Under the pieces are notes generated by a model. The model was not told where the DNA came from, did no database searches, and worked only from the letters and a program-made list of their open reading frames with translations. Made by a program: the position numbers and the translations under genes. A DNA stretch of 64,000 bases from Camelus dromedarius (taxonomy: Eukaryota), in the NCBI RefSeq assembly GCF_036321535.1, contig NC_087436.1, forward strand, positions 47,742,001-47,806,000. Direction: 5' to 3'. Positions 37,025 to 50,610 of this stretch are shown here, piece after piece (the stretch's first letter is position 1; every line of letters starts with the position of its first letter).

Positions 37025-37379
37025 CAGTCTCTCATTATCCACCAGGGTTTGGTGCCAGGACCTCTGCAGATACCAAAGTCCACAGATGCTCAAGTTCCTT
37101 ATAAAACAGTGCAATATTTGCCTATAACCTATGTGTGTCCTGCTATATATGTTAAATCATCTCTGGATTACTTATAATACCGATTACAGTGTAAATGCTA
37201 TGTAAATAGCTGTAAATACAATGATGCTATGCAAATAGTTGCTAGGCCTGAGGCAAATTCAAGTTTTGCATTTTGGAACTTTCTGGGATTTTTTTTCCAA
37301 ATATTTTTGATCTGTGATTGGTTGAATCCACGGTTGTGAAACCTGCAGATGCAGAACCCAGGGGTAGGAGGGCCGACTG
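37025..37379 (+). mobile_element. MER2-family (TcMar-Tigger) non-autonomous DNA transposon
   Basis: TA immediately before 'cagtc...tatcc'. Internal 'gataccaaagtccacagatgctcaagt' and 'aaatcatctctggattacttataatacc'. End 'gttgaatccacgg...gatgcagaaccc...gagggccgactg'. Confidence 0.92.
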
Positions 37380-38803
37380 TGTATTTTTTCTTCTCCTTGG
37401 CAGAGTTTTCCCTTGAGCCCTTCAGCTGTGTGTGTTGCCTTTGATTTTTCATTTCTGAGCTCCATTTTTTCTCTTATAAGAGGGTACCCTACTGTATGAC
37501 TTCATCTAAGGACATCCCTGACCCAAACCACCCAGGCCGTGGAAAGTGGGTCTCTCGTCTCCCATGTTAAGGAACTGGGAGTTTCTTCAGGGCAGAAGCT
37601 CATCTCCCAGGGTTAAGCAATGGGTTAAGTACATGATAGCTCCTTAATGTATGCTGGCTGAATAGATCACCAGCTTACTGGACCATATGTTTTAGGACTT
37701 GCTTTTGGATGAGGCTTCATTAAGAACTTTTTGAATGGCTCGAGATTTTGTGATTTGGCAGTTTTTCAGAGGCTCTAACCAGCTTTTTTTTATTTCCAGT
37801 TCCATGTGTGAATTATGTGCCTGAAATTTCTCTCCTACTGTGCTTGGCTTTGATGGCATCCCAAGCCTTGGGCTTTCTTTGTCAGATTATAGTACTTTAT
37901 CTCACTCTTGGTCTGGCTCTTCCACCTCGGACACCAATGTGCAAAACAGAATTCCTTTCACTTACATTTCTCTGTCATGTGCATCCCGATGTTTGGCTGT
38001 GCACATATCAAGTGTCAGCCCACACCCTGTGGGGATGACCAGAGGTTCTGTGATAGGTGCCAGGGTGTGGTGTACTTACCACAGACTAGTTTGGGGGCAT
38101 TCCAGTGAGGGAAACGACTATTTTCTTTCCTGTGTTAGTTCCAAGATCCTTCAGCAAATTAAGCCAGTATGTCTCTGCATTGTGTTTTATATTATTTCTG
38201 GGCAAGAATCAGTACTGATGCATTACTCCTTTTAGTACCAGTGCTCCTAAGAGTTGGCCAATGTGTAGCCATAGGTACAGCGGTTGATAAGTTTCATATG
38301 TGTTGACTCATTTCACTTCATGTTTTCCCTTTTGTGAAATTTTTCTTGGCATATTTCTTTCTCAGTTGTTTTTGTTCTTTATTCTTTTATTATGACACCT
38401 ACCAAAAGATGTTGCCAGGTCAGAATCTTAGGATGGTGGATGGTCCCCTGGGGCCTCCTGAAAGGCACATGTTGTTATCATCCACTTTGGGGCACTAGGA
38501 AGAGTGAGGCAGCCCCAGCAAAGTTTTTGTGTTTGGTCTCTTTCTGTCTCACTTATCATCTGTTTGTCTCTACAGATGACAATAGGCTGGTGGCAGATGA
38601 CAGCAATGAAATCAATTCTTTGCTGCCTGCCAGCTCTGTGCCAGGCAATATTCTGTGTGTGTGTTTTATATCCATCTTCTATTTTATTCCCACAGCAACT
38701 GTATGAGTTAAGTATCATTCACTCATTTTCTCAGAGACTTCTGGTTGCTCCTCTTGTCTGCTTGCTAACCTGGTGTTTCCTGCCCACTTCTGCCACATGT
38801 TAG

Positions 38804-38856
38804 TGTAATATTAATGTAATATGTAATATATGTAATATGTTATTATGTAATATGCA
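38804..38856. repeat. Imperfect (ATGTAAT)n tandem repeat
   Basis: 'tgtaatattaatgtaatatgtaatatatgtaatatgttattatgtaatatgcaat'. Confidence 0.8.
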
Positions 38857-39359
38857 ATTTTCTGAGCCTTATGATTGTCTCCTTCCTTTTAACACGTTGT
38901 GTTTATTATATGCACTATTGACTGATGAAGATCAAGACGGGGTTTATAACTCTTCATATTATTTCATTTTCCTGTTCATTGGTTTTGACGCTACCTACAA
39001 ACCCAAGATGGTAAAAGGAAGAAGAGGTAACATGGCACGTGGGACTGTTTCTCTTCTGTTTCCCTCCTAGGGATGCCATCCTCCTGTCTTTGTTTTCACT
39101 CCTGCTTGTTGTCACCCCTTTCATCCTAGCCTGAACCCCAAATTCACATCTCTGTCACCTTCTTCCACATATACCACCAGGCTTGGGAGGTAGACTTTGC
39201 CCTATGTGTCTTTTAGACACAAGACTTACCATGAATTCTCTTGGCTGGTTGATAAAGAATCTGAAGAACAGAGCAGTGAAATGACTTGCCAAGTTTATAG
39301 AAATATGCTGGAGAAATACGTGAGCAGTGGGCTGATCCTTCCTGAGCTCTTGCTCAAGT

Positions 39360-39600
39360 CTGTGAAATCTTCCCTGAGTCCCCCTTCACTTCTCTGAAGG
39401 CAGAGTTATTCCCTCCTGCCTCTGTTTTATCCTGTCACTTTATAGATCCCTCAGCACAGCCTTTATCTTGGCCTATTGTGACTGGAGGTTGATTTCCCTG
39501 CCCTATTAGATCGTGAAATCCGTTATAGCAAACACTGTGCCTTCTATCCCTGTGTCCCCTGGGCTTAGAACAGCACTTGGCATGTCAGAGATGTCGGACA
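39360..39600 (+). mobile_element. L2 3' fragment
   Basis: 'tgtgaaatcttccctgag...ccctattagatcgtgaaatcc...tgtgtcccctgggcttagaacagcacttggcatgtc'. Confidence 0.7.
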
Positions 39601-41049
39601 AGGGTATGCTTGGGGAAGGCTGTGTCCACGCTGTCCAGTTGGCTGCTATTTTTAGTCTCGTTCTCTGAAGTGCTGCTTCATACAGATGCCGTTGTTCAGT
39701 GGGTGCCGATACAGAAGAGTGGTCCTATTGACTCAGAAAAACAGAGGAGGCAATGTGGATTTCAACCACCGAAGTTTCATCACAAACATTCCATTTTCAA
39801 GTTAAAAACCTTGAGTTAAAACAGACCTGATCTACTCATGTTATGGAATCTCCTCTGTAAAAACTATGAAATGAGTTTAAATACCAAGGTCAAATTTCAA
39901 CATGAAAGTTCAATATTATGGTCAGGATTTTCTCAAGACAGTGAGGATTTTGTGTATTTGCACACAGACACACACACTCACTCACATTCACCCATGTATT
40001 TGCTGCTTGAAGTCATTTTTTGTGGTTATAGAAGCTTTAATTTACATATGAAACATTACTTTACCAAATTGTTTATATCCAAGGATTTCCGACATGATTT
40101 CAGCTTGACCTGCAAGAAATTTCCCCGTGTAGGCACAGAAAGAGACATGCTTCTACCTCAGATTTTAACTAACAAATGAAGTAAGTTATTAAATGAATCA
40201 GGAGAGACAAAAGAGAGAAATAGCTATGCTTCTAATAGAAAAAAAGAAAGCAAATGTTGATTTAATCAATTGATTTCCTTTTAAGTAAGAGAACAGATGT
40301 TTTCTGTTAAGTCCCTGGTGAAAATTCAGTAGGCGCCAGTGATGCTCTAGGACCAGTGGCTTCTGATAAAATTTGAAATGAAGGTCTGGGCTTTCTTGCT
40401 AAATGGGCTTTTGCACAGCAGGCCTGTCACTGTGGTGCAATTTTTCTCTTGAGCAGGAGTTAGCGCTATGCATTCACAAGCTCTTTCCCTGCCCCCTCAC
40501 TGTGTTCTTTACCCTTTATAGAAGGAAATAATGTCACATCTGTATACTGTTGTGTTGTTTGAAAACATTAATGGTAAAGAATTAAATTGTCTACCTATAA
40601 ATAGCCATTTGAATCCTGCATTTTCTGGCCCTGGAGAAACACCTTTGGTGTCATCTGATCTTACCTGGGTTACAGCCTGCTCTTTGAGCACTTGGGTGTG
40701 AAGGTGACTTAGGTGTTAGTTTCCCTGATGCTGCCTTCATAACCTGTGCCCTTAGCCTTGCTATGGAAACATTAACCAGAACCCCACTCACTAACACTTC
40801 AAAGGGTTCCTCCAAATGTTTCTAAGATTCTACATTCCCCTCAATGCCAGCTTTTATTTCTCAGCTTCTTTAAAATTGCTTGCAGCAATATGAGCCTTTT
40901 TCTTCTCATAAACACTCCAATTATGTTAATATTCTTGGAATTTCTTTGCCAAACACAATTTGTTAACTATAATTTCAAGGAATACATCATCTTCTTTGCC
41001 ATTTTTTCACCCAGGCAGCCACCATCTCACTCACCACGTGACAAACAAC

Positions 41050-41165
41050 TCTGTTGGACTGTGAACTCCTTATGATCGGGGAATGTCATACATACCATTT
41101 TAGATCTCTGGGCAGAGCGTGGTTCCTACTACATAGTGGGAATTCAGCAAATGTTGAATGAAGCC
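41050..41165 (+). mobile_element. L2 3' end
   Basis: 'ggactgtgaactccttatgatcgggg...acatagtgggaattcagcaaatgttgaatgaa'. Confidence 0.75.
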
Positions 41166-42164
41166 AGATATCTCCCATATAATCATTTATTGGAACCCAC
41201 GTGTAGGCAGGCTATCTGAGACCATTATCAATTTCCCACTGAGGAAATCAAGATAGCCAAATAACCAAAGTAATTTGCTCTTTGTTCATATTTTCCATAA
41301 TGAATTTTCCCCTTACCACCTATGCATTTTGTATTATCTGGTAATCTTGGTTTATATATCCATTTGCTTACAATTAGTCTGTGTCGACACACAAGAATGA
41401 TAATACCTAGAACTACACAGAGACTGGTTTGTAAAAGAAACCAGTCTTGCAAACTGGAATCAGAGCATTAGCAGGCTTAAAAAAAACTTTTTATAATCTA
41501 GAAATTTTCAATCTATTGGAGATAGAATGAGTGACCATTTCCTGATAACCGCCTGGTTTAGACTGGCACCTATTTGGAACAGCATCTCATTGATTGACTA
41601 AACTAAGTGGAGGAGATGATAAAAAGAATAGTATTAAGACACCTGGAAACTCTTCCATGATTCCCTTCCCAGTACAGCTGTATTGGGTCTGTTCTGATTT
41701 TCACCCCTCAGTGTCATCCTTTATCCTGTTCCCCAAACTAAAACATCTGCATTAGGAGGTGGAGAGTGTTTCCAAGGCAGGAGCCTGAAGAATGCTTATT
41801 TGAATGGAGCTGACTTCTTACCCTCCCCAAGAGGCAGAGGTGTTGATAGTTTCCATCAGTAATGACCTCATAGGAAAGCTGTGTGCATCTCAAAAGCCAC
41901 CACCACAGCTGGCACTGATTCAGGGAGAAGTTGGAGCCTGAGTCTAGGTGATCATTGAGACAGAGCTATGTCGTCTCCTCCTGGGTGACCTGTTGGCCCC
42001 TTTCTGGAAGCAGATTGGGAAGAAACATGGAAGAAGACTCTTTTAAAACGGTATTTGCCCACTGGAAACAGAGAACACCTGATTCCCTAGCTTAGAAATA
42101 GTTAATGTGCATTAGTTAGAAATATTAAAATAACTTTCTTTCTTTAAAAAAAACCCCACAATTA

Positions 42165-42605
42165 ATTACTCAATTCATGCATTCACTCACAAATCAACCC
42201 AGACATGGTTAGCACCTGCTAGGAGGTAAGCACTTGTGTGGCAATGGGAATACAATGGAGAGCAAAACCAGAGTCCCCTGCCCTCCTGATGCTTTTAGTC
42301 TGTCAGATAGTCACACAGTTGTACAAACAGAGCTCAGTGCTCTGAATGGAGAGAGTGTACTCCTAAGAAAGTATATAAGAACACATTTTATAAAATTTGG
42401 GGTCAGGAGAGAATTCTATCTGAGTTACATCCTCTGAAGGCAGAACAGAGGTTAACTCAGTGAAGGGGTGGGGAGGAGAGCTTTTCAGGCATAGAGAGCA
42501 GACGGGCAATGGGGCTTGTGCAGGAGCAGAGTGGAATATTCAGGAAATGTGCAAACATGGTTCAGATGAACCTTGAAGAACAGGCAGGCACAGACCATGC
42601 AGATA
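42165..42605 (-). mobile_element. L2 fragment
   Basis: 'caattcatgcattcactc...agcacctgctaggaggtaagcac...gagtcccctgccctcctgatgcttttagtc...ggggtcaggaga...ttcaggcatagagagcag'. Confidence 0.8.
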
Positions 42606-43189
42606 CTTGTTTTCTCTCTATCTCCCTTTTACAACCTGGCTGTGGTTTTCATCTCCCCTCCAGTGTCTCAGTAAAATATCCAACCCCAAGTGGAGGACTA
42701 GGTGACTGGACGAGCTTGTAATCATAATGAGATTTGCTTCTTCCTAGCACAGTGTAAAGAACAGTCCCTGAACACAGGAATCTCCAAAAGTAATCATGAC
42801 ACCTTGCACAGAATTGAGGGTTACTAGGCAGAGACAAAGTCTAGCCAGCTGGCTTATCATCTGTCTTCTGGTCAGTGAGCTGACCCTCTAGAAGAAAAAC
42901 TTCTCTAGAAGGGCTTTGGCTTCCACCTTTGCTCCAACTAATTTAAGATTCTGTTACAGCTGAGGTTTCCTTGTGCAACATTCTCAGTAGAAATGGAGGC
43001 CAACTGTTCAAGGTCGTTTTTTATTTCTTTGTGTAATTATAAAGTCTTTTGCCCTCTTTTGCCCATTGTTAATTAGAGCTAAACACTTTTTTATGAATAG
43101 AGTTTCATATTCACCTGAGCTCTATGCCCTCCAGAACCCAGTCTCATAAATTTACCTTTTATTCTTGTCTTTTAATTCTTAGCTGTCAC

Positions 43190-43762
43190 CACTGTTGAAA
43201 TTCCTTTTGTAACACGCAAACTTGACCATATAGCTTCCTTGCTTTAAGTCACTCAGTGGCTTTTCTTCGTTAACTAGAGGATAAAAATTGAAAGTTTTAG
43301 GAGGATATTTTGATGTTTAAAGTCCTTTATCATCTGGTTCTTCACTATAATTTATCTTCTTCCACTCTGGTACACTGACCACGTGTTTTGCCTGCAATCT
43401 GAGCCACTTCCTGGCCCCAGAGCAACCATGCTATTTTCAGCCCCAGCCTCTGCTGATGCCACGAGTGAGCTGTCAGTTGTGTCAGTCTTCCAGGTGAACG
43501 CTGACCTGCTGGTGAAGATTGTTTACTGTTGCTTCCTTTCAGAAGCCATCTGTATCTCAGGGTTAATTTTCTCTGTCTCTCTTTGTATACTCTGAGAGCA
43601 CCGTCTAAGAAAACACAACTTGTTGTAATTACTTCTCTATGTGTCTTCCTCCACTGGATTCTGAAAGGAAGCATCTTGCTAATGTCCCTACCACTTAACA
43701 TGGTACCTTGCACGTGGCTTTTGCTTAATAAATATTTGTTGAAAACACAAATGCATTAATGA
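43190..43762 (+). mobile_element. L2 3' fragment
   Basis: 'cttgaccatatagcttccttgctttaagtcactcagtggctt' through the terminus 'gcttaataaatatttgttgaaaac...aatgaa'. Confidence 0.82.
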
Positions 43763-43778
43763 ACTTAAGATATAATGG

Positions 43779-44031
43779 GGGGTGGGCAGGGATAAACTGG
43801 GAGTTCGAGATTTGCAGATACTGACTGGTATATATGAAATAGATAAAGAAGTTTATACAGTATAGCGCTGTACTGAATATATTCAATGTCTTGTAGAAGT
43901 TTACAGTGAAAAAGAATATGAAAATAAATATATGTATATTCATGTATGACTGAAGCATTGTGCTATATGCTAGAAATTGACACAACATTCTAAACTGACT
44001 GTACCTCAATTTAAAAAAAAAGCAAATAGAA
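43779..44031 (+). mobile_element. Young 5'-truncated L1 3' end (camelid-type) with 12-bp TSD
   Basis: Direct repeat AAGATATAATGG at 43767-43778 and 44032-44043, preceded by TT (TT|AAGA). A-rich tail at 44013-44031. Body 'gggataaactgggagttcgagatttgcagatac...gaaattgacacaacattctaaactgactgtacctcaa'. Confidence 0.93.
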
Positions 44032-44195
44032 AAGATATAATGGTACTATCTTAAGATAGGAGAAAAAACTTGCCTAATGACAGACAGACAATGGGAAAAT
44101 TATGCTTCTTTTAGAAATTCTAGAAAGGCAGTGATTTACTCTGGGACTTCTATACAACTTCCGTGGTAGATGTTTGCAAGCGAACAAACAATACC

Positions 44196-44685
44196 TGCAA
44201 TAAATTGATTGCAAAAATATACTTAAATCTTCACCCCTCCCTGTATGCATACCTTTTGCAGTGAAACTTTTCAGCCCTGCCATTAAGATGTAGAGTGTAT
44301 TTCCCCATCCCTTGAATCTGGGCTGGCCTCATGACTTTCTGTAACCAGTAGAAAGCTGTGGAAATGACTACCAAAGTTCTAAGCATAGACCTCTGTTGAC
44401 CTTGCACAATTTTGCCCTGTCTCTTGGAATCCTGACCCTGCATGAGAACAAACTCTGTCTATCCTGATGGAGGATGAGAGACCAAGTGGAACTGAAATGA
44501 ATCATCCCAGCTGAGGTCTCCATAGACCACACAGTCCTCAGTGGACCTGCCAGTTGGCTTCATATGCCAGCGCGAGCCAAGACGACTCAGCTGAGTCCAG
44601 CATAAACCGTAACCAGCAGAATCATGAGCTAAAGAAATGGTTCTTTTAAGCCATTAAATTATGGAGTAATATGATATAGAAAGAA
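44196..44685 (+). mobile_element. MLT1G/H-like MaLR solo LTR
   Basis: 'gagtgtatttccccatcccttgaatctgggctggcctcatgacttt', 'cagctgagtccagc...cagaatcatgagctaaagaaatggttcttttaagccattaaattatggag'. Confidence 0.88.
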
Positions 44686-44734
44686 TATTTCCCAGTATTA
44701 ATCTATTTTCATTTTATTTAATAATTTATTTTTT

Positions 44735-45060
44735 TATATTCACTAAGCATTTATTGAACTCCTTCTATATGCAAATCCATGTTTTAAGCTTTAATGGGAC
44801 ACACAGGTAAATAAGATATAGTCCCTGTCTACAAAGGAATGTGATGAAACTTCCTGGAGGAAGTGAACAGAAACATATGCAGGCAAAGATGCTAAGTTTA
44901 GCACAGGATTCCAAATATGTGTGATAGTAAGTGCAGCTTTAAGATCCCATTTCCTGACTGGTTGATAGTAGACTATCTTCCAACATGAGAAAACAGTATG
45001 GAGTGACCTGTGAGCAGAGGAAACTTCTTTGAAATTAGTTCCAAGTGAGGTGGTCTGAGG
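44735..45060 (-). mobile_element. L2 3' fragment
   Basis: 'attcactaagcatttattgaactccttctatatgcaaa...acaggtaaataagatatagtccctgtc'. Confidence 0.7.
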
Positions 45061-46544
45061 GTCTTTCCTGAAAGCCACAGACCACCTCAGCTACTCAAGT
45101 GTCCTCTAAAACAGGTTAGGAGTGGGATCTACCAGTAAGATGCTGTATTTTATCAAGTTATAGTTGAAAAAAATTGTTTCACAGCACAAATTGAGTCAGA
45201 ATGTACTGAATTTGTAATGCAATGAAGCTCCTATACAAGCTCTATTTTGAGTTGATTCAAATACAAATTCCAAGACTTTTTGTCTGAGGAGATAGTGGCT
45301 GGTATGAAAAATGACCCTAAATTTCCAATCAGTGCCAAATAGCTCAGAATTACTCCTGCACTGGGGTGTTCAGAGAATGGTTTTCAGTAACCAACATTTT
45401 TCCCTAGAACAATATTGAGCACACAGTTGAGAGTAAAAAAAATAGTTGTTAATTTGAATTAACATAAAAGCTTCCCTTTTTGTTAGAAATTAAAGAATGA
45501 ATATTTGATCAACTTGTTTTGCTTTTGTGTTTCAGTAATCTCATATATCCAGGTGATTAGAGAATGAAATATTATGGCTTAGTTAAATATTCTATCAAAG
45601 GATTAATATTTAATTTATATATCCTAGTTTAATAAAAGTGATAAGAATTTAGTAGAAATGCTAATGCTAAAATAATAGTTGAGCTTGATTTTTTGTTATA
45701 GTCATCAAACTTGATTGTATAATACTAGAAGCCACATATTTTGGGGATTTCTGGATGTTTGTATTCCATATAATCATGAGTTTCCCACAAAAAAACTGTC
45801 ACTTATAGTTTTATGCGCATACAACCAGAAATCAAAATGTAAAGAATCCTGAATTTTTCACTTTCATTTCATTGTTTTACATAGTAGCACATGATGTTTG
45901 TCAAAATGGGAAGTTAGCATATAATGTAAAATGCCTCTTCCTGTATTGAAAAGAAGTTATCTTCTCCAGATGTGTAACAAACCTTTTCATATGCTTTTCT
46001 ATTTTGTCTGTAACCATGTTGTCATACATACCACAAATGTATAAGTTTTTAAAAAAATTCATTTGGAATTAAAATAGTCTAACAGAGAAAGAGTTTAAAT
46101 ATAAGTTAGCAGCAAGTCAGAGAGTCAAGTCAAACTATACACAGCCAGCTTGAAACTCAGGCTGAAGAAAAGAGATTTGTGCCATTACAGCATGGGTTTG
46201 CTATAAAGGTATTTTAGTGAGATAGAGTTCTCTTCTTTGTGAAGCCAGGAGAGCAAGGAATACTTATGTTATTTTGTGCAAAAAAAAAAAAAAGAAAATG
46301 TGGGTGCTTCATTAAAGTTAGTTGATAGCATAAGGCTCCAGGAGGCACTGGGTTTAAAAAAAAAAAGTACAATTATCATTGTTATCTCTGCTTTCAAGCT
46401 GGCCTGAGTCAGAGACAGCTGGAAACTTAATTCAACCAACCAGACAACCAACCAAGCAGAGGCTCAAAGGACTATGTTTCAAAGATGTGTAACACTGTGC
46501 GTGTGTTCCTAGCTTGCGTTCATTAGTAGCAGTTGAGTTTATCT

Positions 46545-46670
46545 GAATTAAATGGTATCTGTGACTTAGCCACTCAGTAGCTATGTGTCTTTGGGCAATT
46601 CCTTTAGCTTCTCTGGGGCTCTAAGATGTGACGACACTTTGAGTCATAAAATTATAAATCTTCTTTGACC
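46545..46670 (+). mobile_element. Degraded MIR
   Basis: 'gccactcagtagctatgtgtctttgggcaattcctttagcttctctgggg'. Confidence 0.6.
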
Positions 46671-47199
46671 TACAAATCAGCAAAGTCAAAATATGGTCTT
46701 AATTTTCTTTGGGTCCAAGTATCGTTTTGAAGCAATAAGGGAAATAACCTGTACATCTGCCAGGCTGGACAGTTGTTCCATTTATTAGTATGTCACCTAG
46801 CGTGACCTTTAGGACAAGGAAGTCCTCAAGAAACAATGGATCGTTTGACACCTTGTGATTTATTCCTCTCAGCACTTACAGAGTATTATCAGGCATGGCC
46901 TCAGCCATCTAGAGGGGCTTATCTTCTTTTTGCTTCTCTTCAGGGGCTACATGGTCTATGCAGTTAGAGCCAACACTGGTGTTACTGCTTGTGGACATGG
47001 CCCCTAATGCTCTTAATTAGGGTTATTTAATAGCCATCCTAATGAGTGCGTATAATGTGAGCTTACCTTTTTGAAAAAATTCCTGGGACGTTCTTGGAAT
47101 ATAATGCTGGTAACATCATGATACAGCAAAAACTGTGCAGGACCCTGACATGAAATCATAAGGCAACAGAGAATTTTGAAAAGTGACAACATTTAAGAT

Positions 47200-47670
47200 A
47201 TGATTCTTCTCATGTGTTACCTGATTTAGTCATTGTGATCAACCTATAAGGTAGGTAAGATTATCTCCATTTTACAGGAGAGGAAAAAGTCAGAGAGGTT
47301 ATTGCTCTCTCCTTCGTTTATTCAGCACATGCTTATTAAATGCCTCCTCTAGGCCAGACACTGTTTGAGGTTTTGAGAGAAACAGTGGGGGTAGTGAGGG
47401 AACAGGATCCGTGCCTCCATAGAGTTGCATTCTTGGGAGTGATAGTGGCAGGAGATATTAACATTAAACAAGTAACAAATTTATAAATAAATAATTTCAG
47501 ATACTGTTAAGTTTATGAGGACAACACAAGGTAACGTGATAGACTGGCTGGGGATTTTTGCATGTAAGAGGGGGGCTCACCTCTCTGGAAAGGTGACATT
47601 GAATTGGGATTTAACTTGTCAAGGGAAGTAACTGAGATTTAAACTCAGGACTCTCCTACTGCTAGATACT
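47200..47670 (-). mobile_element. MIR split by an L2 insertion (MIR 47200-47300 and 47610-47670; L2 47305-47610)
   Basis: The MIR reads '...tccattttacaggagaggaaaaagtcagagaggtt' and resumes at 'taacttgtcaagg...gatttaaactcagg'. The intervening sequence starts with a reversed L2 tail 'ttattcagcacatgcttattaaatgcctcctctaggccagacactg'. Confidence 0.75.
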
Positions 47671-48054
47671 CTAATAATAACATTTATTTTAATAACATTT
47701 GCTATGAACACCAAAATACTAAAAGGTCTGTATTAATAACAGAAAAATCCAAGTCTGTAAGCACCTATACCCTGCCTCCTCTTGAAATTATTAGGTTCAA
47801 ATTAAAAAAAAAATGAAAGGAATGTAAAGTCTATAAAGAATGATGTACACTAAAGCTTTCTTTTTATTGTGTGCCCTTGCAGTCTGGCATGGAATGCATG
47901 CTGAGAGATGAGGGGAAAAAAAAAGGAATGAAACATGTATGCAACTTTAATGGATGAAATAAGGAGTGTAGTGATTTAGCCATAAATAAAATGTAATAAC
48001 ATTTATTACTTTTCTGTCCTGAATATCTTAAAGAAACAGCCTTCTGAAGATGAA

Positions 48055-48440
48055 AGATAAAATCATCAATAATCCATTGCCATGAAAATGATGGTTAATA
48101 TTTTGATGTATTTTTTCTAGGATTTTTTTCTATGCATATTTGAATAAAAGTAACTTCAGATTTGTACATACTTTTTCCTTTTTATCTAATGTTTTATTAT
48201 TAGTCCTTTCTCGTGTTATTTAAACTTCATGAAACATAATTCATAATGGCCCCAGAATAGTCCATCATATGGCTAAACACCAAGAAATGTATTTACCTAT
48301 TCCCCTATGTTGAACATTTAGCTTCAGCCGTTTTTTTTTTCTTTTTTTTTACATTTTAAACAATACTGAAATGATGATCCTTATACATATTTCTGTTTTC
48401 TTGCCTTATAATATCCTTTGGATAGATTTCTAGAGTGAAA
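48055..48440 (-). mobile_element. L1ME-like 3' fragment
   Basis: 'tagtccatcatatgg...tatttacctattcccctatgttgaacatttag...atcctttggatagatttctagag'. Confidence 0.72.
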
Positions 48441-50610
48441 GACCTGCCAAAAGTAGGAAATGCTCATAACCAAAACTATGAAATTTCATTCACAAAGTTG
48501 CTGGGAAAAAGCTGCCGAATAGTTTCAGGCTGTCTTGCAAAGCCACGTTTGACGTGCTGCTTCACCCTGCTCTGCTTTGAGTAATGGGCTTGTAAGTGAA
48601 AGTCTTGACTTAGAAATGGAAGTCTCAGTGGGAGCTAATGGTCTAAACTTATCAAGTCTGATAGTTATTTGTCCAATATTCTGTTAATAAAACCTTTATT
48701 TTAACCAAAATTTGAGTCTATTTCCAATGATAATTGATATTTATATAATAATACTGAGACACTGAAAAATCTTAATCAGTCATCAAAAATGAGTATCTTA
48801 TGTTCAGTAGAGTTTTGTATTATGTATTTATAAGATAATGTATTGCTTATATAGACTTGCATTTACAGTTTTCTGGCTCTTAAAAAATAACAATTCCTTT
48901 ACGTCTATATGGTACCTGTTGATTACTCATAATTATCAGCTGAACATAAAAGCCCAATCCCTAAATTTATGTTTAACAACAGATAGTATAATGCAATTTG
49001 TTCCTACTTAATTAAGTAGAATAGGAGTATTAGATGAGTCATACCCTCATTCTGTGCCATTTTATTTTCCCCAAATAAGCTTTTCTCAATTTTATTTAAA
49101 ACATTCTGTATTTATATTGAAGTCTGTCAGAATAGCCATGAAGCCTGTCAGATGGCCTTAAGGGATTAGCAAATTATAATTTAGCTGAAAAATGACAATT
49201 TTAGCAGATCAGCCTTCCCCTCTGGAGGCTAAAAAATATGCATCAACTACACTAAGAAGAGGGATGTTTATTTGAAACTTATCCAAACAATCTGAAGCCC
49301 CTAGGTGGAAATCTTGAAGGAAAGGGATTTTCCACAGATTTCTAACTCTCCTTTTTCTGACTTTTAGATATTCTAGGAACATAGAATGAAATAGCTCATC
49401 TGGCTTTGCTGCCTAGGGTGAAAGGAAAAGAAAAAAAAGAGACACGGAAGCTCTATTAGAAAGAATTTGAATTTGGCTGAAACTTGTATTCAAGAAAGAA
49501 AGGAAAGAATATTGTACCTTAAATTAGGTATCTTTGGAATCATTTGTGATGTATAAGGAAATCTAAATACATGAAGTTAAACTTTACATAAATGATGATG
49601 TAAAAGCAAGCATACAGTACCCTGTATCACTTTCATCCTTCACCGTTGGAGTTAGGCAACGGTGAGTGTATACTATTTCACTCAATGAGCTTATCTCCAA
49701 GTCTGTTTTACATTCAAGATGTCTCTCAAAGTTCAAACTGAACAGAAGCTTGGTTCTTGAAAGGTAGGACATATCATGTGATGGAATAACTGCTAAAGTG
49801 GGATTTTAAATAGTAGTTTTCCATTTACTGATTTAGGACTTTAGGAAAGTCAGCTCACATTTCTGGACCCTATCTTTAAAATGATAAGATTGGAATGATA
49901 ATTTTTCTTTTAGATCACTTCTACTACATACCCTTTTAGAAAATGAAAACCCTAAAATTTATAGGTACCCCATGCATCTTTTCCTGTATCTCATTGTTCT
50001 GCTTTCTCTCTCCTTCCCCATATTTTTTACTTATAAATTGCTTGCGTGTTTGATTGCTCTATTAAAGCTATAAAAATAAATAAAACTTATGAATCCTCTT
50101 GTCCCTATTAATTTCCAATGTACTCGAGAGTAAAGATTGTCTTTGGTTTATTTTGTGCCTTCACATAAAGTCTAATTGTTTTTCTGTGCACAGAGGAGTT
50201 CCTAGCTCTGTTTTGAATTGACTGACCAATGTCTTTACAAATTCCCCATGGAACATTGTAAATAGAATAAGCAGATGCATACGTTAGATCGTTGAATGTC
50301 CATTGTTTATTTTGTGTGTGTGTGAGCTCCTGAGGTTATATATCCAGATTCTAAATCTTAGAGAGGTGAGGGTCATTATCCCCTGCTCCTTAGAGTTTTT
50401 CCATCAAGCTGAACAAACCACTTCTTTCAGATTTCCATTGTGAGCTGGGAGAAGTGGTCATGGTAAAGAAAAAAGATGTAAATATGATCTCACTCGACAC
50501 TTTGGGCTGACAGCATCAAGAACTATTTTCCTTAAGGAAGCCCTCCCTTGGCATGAGTGCTATCTTTGGGGGTCACTGAAGAAGGACAGAACTGTGATTA
50601 ACCACACTTG

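Noticed and set aside
42884..42915. Imperfect inverted repeat ccctctagaaga...ttctctagaaggg (HSE- or CTCF-like)
   Set aside because: Short and mismatched; poor fit to either motif.
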